This document shows positions 59,362-64,000 of a stretch of DNA of 64,000 bases, piece by piece; the first letter of the stretch is position 1, and every line of letters starts with the position of its first letter. The translations under genes were made by a program, and so were the position numbers. Under the pieces are notes generated by a model. The model ran no database searches, was not told where the DNA came from, and worked only from the letters and a program-made list of their open reading frames with translations. The stretch is from Candidatus Caenarcanales bacterium (GTDB taxonomy: Bacteria; Cyanobacteriota; Vampirovibrionia; LMEP-6097), in the NCBI GenBank assembly GCA_022447685.1, contig JAKVAO010000001.1, positions 22,939 through 86,938 of the forward strand, given 5' to 3'.

Positions 59362-60684
59362 TTGTTTGAAGAAAAATTAAGAATTAAGGGTGGAACATCT
59401 TTACAAGGTGAGGTGAAAATCATTGGAGCGAAGAATGCAGTTTTAAAACAAATGGCTGCGGCTCTTATTTTGCCTAAGGGCAAGTCTATTATCCGCAATG
59501 TCCCAGATTTATCTGATGTAGTTGCGATGAATGAGATTTTGACTCTACTTGGAGCTGAAGTTAGCTATGAGGGCGATGTATTAGATATTGATGCTTCGAA
59601 TCTTTCTAGTTCTTTTGTCCCGATTGAGCTTGCCAGAAAACTGAGAGCAAGTTTTGTTTGTTTAGGGGCTTTGGTTGCTAGATTCAAAAAAGCGCAGGTT
59701 GCATTACCTGGAGGTTGTGATTTAGGTGCTCGTAAAGTTGATCTTCACCTCAAAGGATTAAAGGCTTTGGGAGTGAAAATTAAAGAAGAACAAGGTTATA
59801 TTTTCGCTGAAGCGGGTAGGTTAATCGGTACTAAGATTTATTTAGATCTCCCAAGTAATGGTGCAACGGAAAATATTATGCTTGCAGCCTCTCTTGCTGA
59901 AGGTGAAACTATTATAGAGAATGCGGCTAGAGATCCTGAGATTTTAGATTTAGCTAATTACCTTAACTCGCTTGGTTGTAAAATTTCTGGTGCAGGTACT
60001 AGCAATATTCATATTGAGGGTGTTGAATTAGATTCTTTACATGCTTCTGACTTTAATTGTTTACCAGATAGAATTGAAGCTGCGACTTATCTTATCGCTA
60101 CTGCGATGACTTCAGGTAAAGTTAAAGTTAAAGATGTTTTGGAAGAAGATTTACAGGCTCTTTTAAGTAAGCTTGAAGATGTTGGTGTTGATATTAAAAT
60201 TTTCCCAACTGTAAATAACTTAGTGGATATACTTGTCGATTCTGAATCTAAAACTTTAACTGCTACAGATGTTAAAACTATGTGGTATCCAGGTTTCTCG
60301 ACGGATATCCAACCTATATTTTCAGCTTTGTTAGCTGTTTGTAAGGGAACAAGTACTGTAGTTGAAAACATCTATAATTCAAGGTTTCAACACTTAGAAG
60401 AATTGAATAAAATGGGTGCTAAGTCAGATATTAATGGAGAAGTCTCTGTTATTACTGGTGTTAGCAAACTTAAAGGTACTCAAGTCGAAGGGCGTGATCT
60501 TAGAGCTACAGCAGCTCTTGTGGTTGCAGCTTTAGCTGCAGAAGGTGTTTCTGAAGTTAGAGGACTTAAGCATTTAGATAGAGGTTATGAGCATATTGTT
60601 GAAAAGTTCAAAGCTTTGGGTGCTGATATCGAGCGTATTTCTGAAAATAACTTCGAACAAGAACAGAGTCTTAATTTAGTTTAA
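59362..60684 (+). CDS. murA: UDP-N-acetylglucosamine 1-carboxyvinyltransferase
   Basis: GAKNA, LRAS, LPGGCDLGAR (active-site Cys), GATEN, PDRIEA, DLRA, DRGYE. Confidence 0.98.
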   Translation: MFEEKLRIKGGTSLQGEVKIIGAKNAVLKQMAAALILPKGKSIIRNVPDLSDVVAMNEILTLLGAEVSYEGDVLDIDASNLSSSFVPIELARKLRASFVCLGALVARFKKAQVALPGGCDLGARKVDLHLKGLKALGVKIKEEQGYIFAEAGRLIGTKIYLDLPSNGATENIMLAASLAEGETIIENAARDPEILDLANYLNSLGCKISGAGTSNIHIEGVELDSLHASDFNCLPDRIEAATYLIATAMTSGKVKVKDVLEEDLQALLSKLEDVGVDIKIFPTVNNLVDILVDSESKTLTATDVKTMWYPGFSTDIQPIFSALLAVCKGTSTVVENIYNSRFQHLEELNKMGAKSDINGEVSVITGVSKLKGTQVEGRDLRATAALVVAALAAEGVSEVRGLKHLDRGYEHIVEKFKALGADIERISENNFEQEQSLNLV

Positions 60685-60687
60685 CTT

Positions 60688-61584
60688 TTAACTAGCAAGA
60701 GCTGCTGTAAAGAAACCTTTCTTACGTAATTTGCGCGTTTCTTTTTTTAGACCTTTTGACTTTTCAAGGTTCTTCTCGATTTGTTTTTTAAGCTTTTTGA
60801 TTTCTTTTTTGCTGAGTTTAGCAGAGCTGCGTTTTTTTTTGCTGAACATAGATTTGATGATTTTAGATGTTCTGATTCTGATACTTTGGAAAACTCCGTT
60901 ACCGTTATAGTCAGTATCATTCATGGCTTGAAGTACAGGGAAAAGTTTAGTTAGTTTGTCAATTGCGCTTTCTACTAATTCTTCCTTGTCTTCCATCTCT
61001 TCATCGTTGGATTTCTCATTTTCTTTTTTGTGCTCTTCTTCGCTTTTGAGAACTTTGATGGAAGCTAGAATGGAAATGGCTCTTTCTAAAAAGCCAGGAA
61101 CTGGATTGTTGAAGTCATCAAGAACAGCTTTTTGATTATTAGCATTAGCAGCTAGATTGTTGATGCCATTTTGCATTAATTTAGGGTTCAAAAATGCCAT
61201 AGCTAGATTGTTTCCAGGGCTGAAGGACTCCGCTCTAGCTTCACCATTAGCTACTTCGCTTGCTTTCTGGGACGCGCTCACATTATCTTGCAGTGTATTA
61301 TTCTGCATGATTTGTTTAGTAATCTGATCCCTTTCTTGACCTTTATAAGACTGAGCAAAGAAGCTCCATTTCACTTCTCCAGCACCACCGTATCTGCTAC
61401 CGCCTCCACGACTGATGGTTCCGCCACCGCCGCCACCACCAGCGCCTTTACGTCGCTTCTCGCGTTCGAGTTCGTCTTCTATAGCTTTTTTTCTTTCTGC
61501 CTCAGCTTGTGCACTTTTCTTAGCAGTATCTAGGCTTTTTAAAGCCGTGCTAGTGATCACATTCTGTTTGGAGTTAGGAAGCAT
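60688..61584 (-). CDS. hypothetical low-complexity protein
   Basis: 298 aa, GAAGGAG RBS, poly-Gly tract, acidic middle, Lys-rich tail. Confidence 0.7.
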   Translation of the reverse strand: MLPNSKQNVITSTALKSLDTAKKSAQAEAERKKAIEDELEREKRRKGAGGGGGGGTISRGGGSRYGGAGEVKWSFFAQSYKGQERDQITKQIMQNNTLQDNVSASQKASEVANGEARAESFSPGNNLAMAFLNPKLMQNGINNLAANANNQKAVLDDFNNPVPGFLERAISILASIKVLKSEEEHKKENEKSNDEEMEDKEELVESAIDKLTKLFPVLQAMNDTDYNGNGVFQSIRIRTSKIIKSMFSKKKRSSAKLSKKEIKKLKKQIEKNLEKSKGLKKETRKLRKKGFFTAALAS

Positions 61585-61712
61585 TGATCTCCTTCGATTA
61601 CTGCTTGATAATTAACTTTTCTTTAATTATAGCAAAATAGCTCTCTATAATCCAGTATTTGCAGTTGTGATCTCGATATAAGTTGATTTAATAGTTTTTA
61701 AAATTAAAACTT

Positions 61713-62408
61713 TTAGAACCATTTACCAAAAGTGTTATCCCAGAAATTATTCCATATTTCGCCTAAGTTTGGTATGTTTGACTCTTGTCTAGGTTCTGGT
61801 TGATTTGGATCAGGTAAAGGTGGATAAACATCTGGCTTTGCATCTACAGCCTTCTGGTAATTCTCCATAAATTCTTCTCTTGATACTACTTCGTAGTCTC
61901 TTCCCTTTAGTACGTGATAACCTGGAGTTTCTACTGCTTTATCGACATTTATTCTTTTCAAAAATACTACTTCGCCTTTCTCAATTTCAGAACCATTTTT
62001 AGGTGAAGGCTTTGTATCTCTACTGTATGGGTTCTTTATTTCTCCCTCTTTAGATATAACCATAACTTCGTATAGACCATGTCCGTCATTCATAAAATTC
62101 TCAACTAGTAAATCTGTTTTGAATTTTTCTTCTCCTTCATTAAGCAGAGAGTTAAAACCTTCACCGTATGGACCAATGTTAAACCTATGACCAACTTCCC
62201 TTTTGGATTCAGGAACTGCCATATCTTCAAATCCTGGTAAAGGAAAATTAGTTTCATCAACTTGAGCATAAGTAAATGGATCAACTGGAGTTACTTCTTT
62301 AGACTCGGTACTTTCAGGGCTTTTTACAGTCGTTGGATTGATGTTCCTCAAATAATCAGCCCTAGGCTCTGTAGCTTTTGAATCTAAATTTATAATATTT
62401 TTTACCAT
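61713..62408 (-). CDS. hypothetical Pro/Glu-rich protein
   Basis: 231 aa, AAGGT RBS, aromatic amphipathic C-terminus IWNNFWDNTFGKWF. Confidence 0.7.
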   Translation of the reverse strand: MVKNIINLDSKATEPRADYLRNINPTTVKSPESTESKEVTPVDPFTYAQVDETNFPLPGFEDMAVPESKREVGHRFNIGPYGEGFNSLLNEGEEKFKTDLLVENFMNDGHGLYEVMVISKEGEIKNPYSRDTKPSPKNGSEIEKGEVVFLKRINVDKAVETPGYHVLKGRDYEVVSREEFMENYQKAVDAKPDVYPPLPDPNQPEPRQESNIPNLGEIWNNFWDNTFGKWF

Positions 62409-62485
62409 AGTCTTACCTTTATAAGTACAAAGAATCAGGGGGGGGATTATTTTGATAGTGTTTCTAGTTTGTTATTAATTCGGTA

Positions 62486-63883
62486 TTAAAGTGACTTAGA
62501 GAAAATTTTGTGAGCTGACCTTTGCTTCAAATGATAATCAAAACAGCTTGATATATTGCGTATAAAAAATCTACCAAGCTCAGTTACCTTGAGATGAAAT
62601 TCATTTTCTTTTTCAGAGATAATGACGAGATTATTGCTTTCAAAATTACGTAATTCCTCCAATTCTTGGCTGTATTTTAATTTATTGATAATGCTCTCAC
62701 AATGACACATAATTTCTTTGATAATTTCGCGCCTTTCATTGTCAGATTCAGTAGATATATAGAATTTATCAGCATTAGTCGCTGCTGGACTATAGTAGCT
62801 GGCAAGTTTTTTAGGGTTTTGTTTGTAAGTACCTTGAACCGAGGATATCGCAGTCACACCAAGTCCAAACAAATCACAGCCATCGTGTGTTGTGTAGCCT
62901 TGAAAATTTCTATAGAGCTTATTTTGTCTTTGAGCTTTGCTAAGTTCATCCTCGGGCTTTGCAAAGTGATCTATGCCAATGAATTCATAGCCTGCTGCCG
63001 TGAATTGTTGAACGGCTTCATCAAAGATTTCACATTTTTTGCTTTGGCTGGGTAAGCTTAATTCGTCAATGTATTTCTTTTGGAACGGGAAAAACTCTGG
63101 GATATGAGCGTAATTGAACAAGGCAATTCTCTCTGGGGCAATCTTTTTAACCATTTCAATGGTTTCGTTAAAGCTATTTATGTCTTGGTGTGGAAGCCCA
63201 TAAATTAAATCAAAATTGATACTCTTGAAACCAACCAGGCGAGCTTGTTTTACTAGCTCTGACACGGATTCAAAACTCTGTTTTCTGTTAATGGCTTCTT
63301 GGGTTTCTTCGTTAAAATCTTGAATTCCCATGCTCAAACGATTAAAACCAAGTTTATGAAGCGTTTCAAGATGTTCATTACTGGTAACTCTTGGGTCAAT
63401 CTCTATCGAGTATTCATGCCCAGATTCTTTTTCTTCTGAGATTTCATAGAGGTTGAAATATTTTTTGATGTGCTCATAGATTTCTGTAATCTGTTCAGGG
63501 CTTAGATAAGTTGGAGTTCCACCACCCCAAGCCATTTGCACAACGTGCCTAGATTTGTCTATTTTCGAGCCGTAGAATTTGATCTCTTGTTTAAGGTAAT
63601 TGATATAGTCTTGGCTTATTTCTTTTTTCTTGCTGATGATTACATTGCAAGCACAGTAATAGCATTGGCTTTCACAGAAAGGTATGTGTAAGTATAAAGA
63701 ATAGTCTTTCTGGCTTTGGTTGGATTTCTCTATCGCTTCAAAAAAAAGTTCTGGCTTATAATCGTGCTTCCACTCAGGAGCAGTGGGATAGCTAGTGTAT
63801 CTAGGCACCGAAACGCCATAGTTCTTGATTAATTCCTGAAATTCAGGAGAGGAAGTGCGGGATACTTGAACTGAACTACTCAT
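62486..63883 (-). CDS. hemN: oxygen-independent coproporphyrinogen III oxidase
   Basis: PRYTSYPTA, radical SAM CESQCYYC, GGGTPT, DLIYGLP, RNFQGYTT. Confidence 0.97.
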   Translation of the reverse strand: MSSSVQVSRTSSPEFQELIKNYGVSVPRYTSYPTAPEWKHDYKPELFFEAIEKSNQSQKDYSLYLHIPFCESQCYYCACNVIISKKKEISQDYINYLKQEIKFYGSKIDKSRHVVQMAWGGGTPTYLSPEQITEIYEHIKKYFNLYEISEEKESGHEYSIEIDPRVTSNEHLETLHKLGFNRLSMGIQDFNEETQEAINRKQSFESVSELVKQARLVGFKSINFDLIYGLPHQDINSFNETIEMVKKIAPERIALFNYAHIPEFFPFQKKYIDELSLPSQSKKCEIFDEAVQQFTAAGYEFIGIDHFAKPEDELSKAQRQNKLYRNFQGYTTHDGCDLFGLGVTAISSVQGTYKQNPKKLASYYSPAATNADKFYISTESDNERREIIKEIMCHCESIINKLKYSQELEELRNFESNNLVIISEKENEFHLKVTELGRFFIRNISSCFDYHLKQRSAHKIFSKSL

Positions 63884-64000
63884 AGTTGTACTAAAAATTA
63901 TAACTATTAACCGTGACCTTAAATTATTTTAACATTCTACCTTGACGAGTATGTTAATATTGTAATTTGTCTAAATCGCAAAGATTTGGGATTATTTTAT

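Noticed and set aside
61420..61445. GC-rich CCG/CCA triplet run
   Set aside because: Simply encodes the poly-Gly tract of the 60688..61584 protein
1225..63055. Numerous short ORF-track entries opposite or inside confident genes (e.g. 5130, 17768, 28116, 28599, 50275, 56714, 62702)
   Set aside because: Antisense or out-of-frame shadows without motifs or RBS
1..64000. tRNA, rRNA, transposase, integrase or prophage genes
   Set aside because: None recognised by eye; a tRNAscan/Infernal run would be needed to exclude small RNAs fully

Overview
AT-rich bacterial chromosomal window, most consistent with a non-photosynthetic relative of Cyanobacteria (Vampirovibrionia/Melainabacteria). This is inferred from cyanobacteria-like housekeeping proteins together with flagellins, L30, a fused Rieske/cytochrome b/bd-like operon and no photosynthesis genes. 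Core content: lysS (5' part), a prepilin, ispH, two sigma28-driven flagellins, an LptD/OstA-like protein, recF-dciA, thyX, a stand-alone His-rich atpB, ligA, typA, rmuC, holA, a ribosomal protein cluster running only from rplB to secY, ribD, mazG, cdd-sbcDC, a DAB/MpsAB inorganic-carbon pump with a PII-like partner and LysR, amt-glnB, selO, glyA, murA and hemN. An accessory segment at 45.2-49.2 kb holds the most unusual signal: a non-coding array of about 15 degenerate 21-nt units (conserved GAAAT core, variable remainder) that runs into the RBS of an orphan all-helical protein gene. It is followed by an AbrB/Doc toxin-antitoxin pair whose toxin lacks a canonical start codon and a lone RloC-like ABC ATPase. 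Other highlights: two sequence-divergent but architecturally matching ~123-bp palindromic elements, a twin-hairpin sRNA candidate next to an exact cyanobacterial-type pho box, a cytidine deaminase with a lipoprotein signal, an in-frame stop in the first gene of the cytochrome operon, and signs of widespread leaderless transcription. No rRNA, tRNA, CRISPR array or transposase was recognised.
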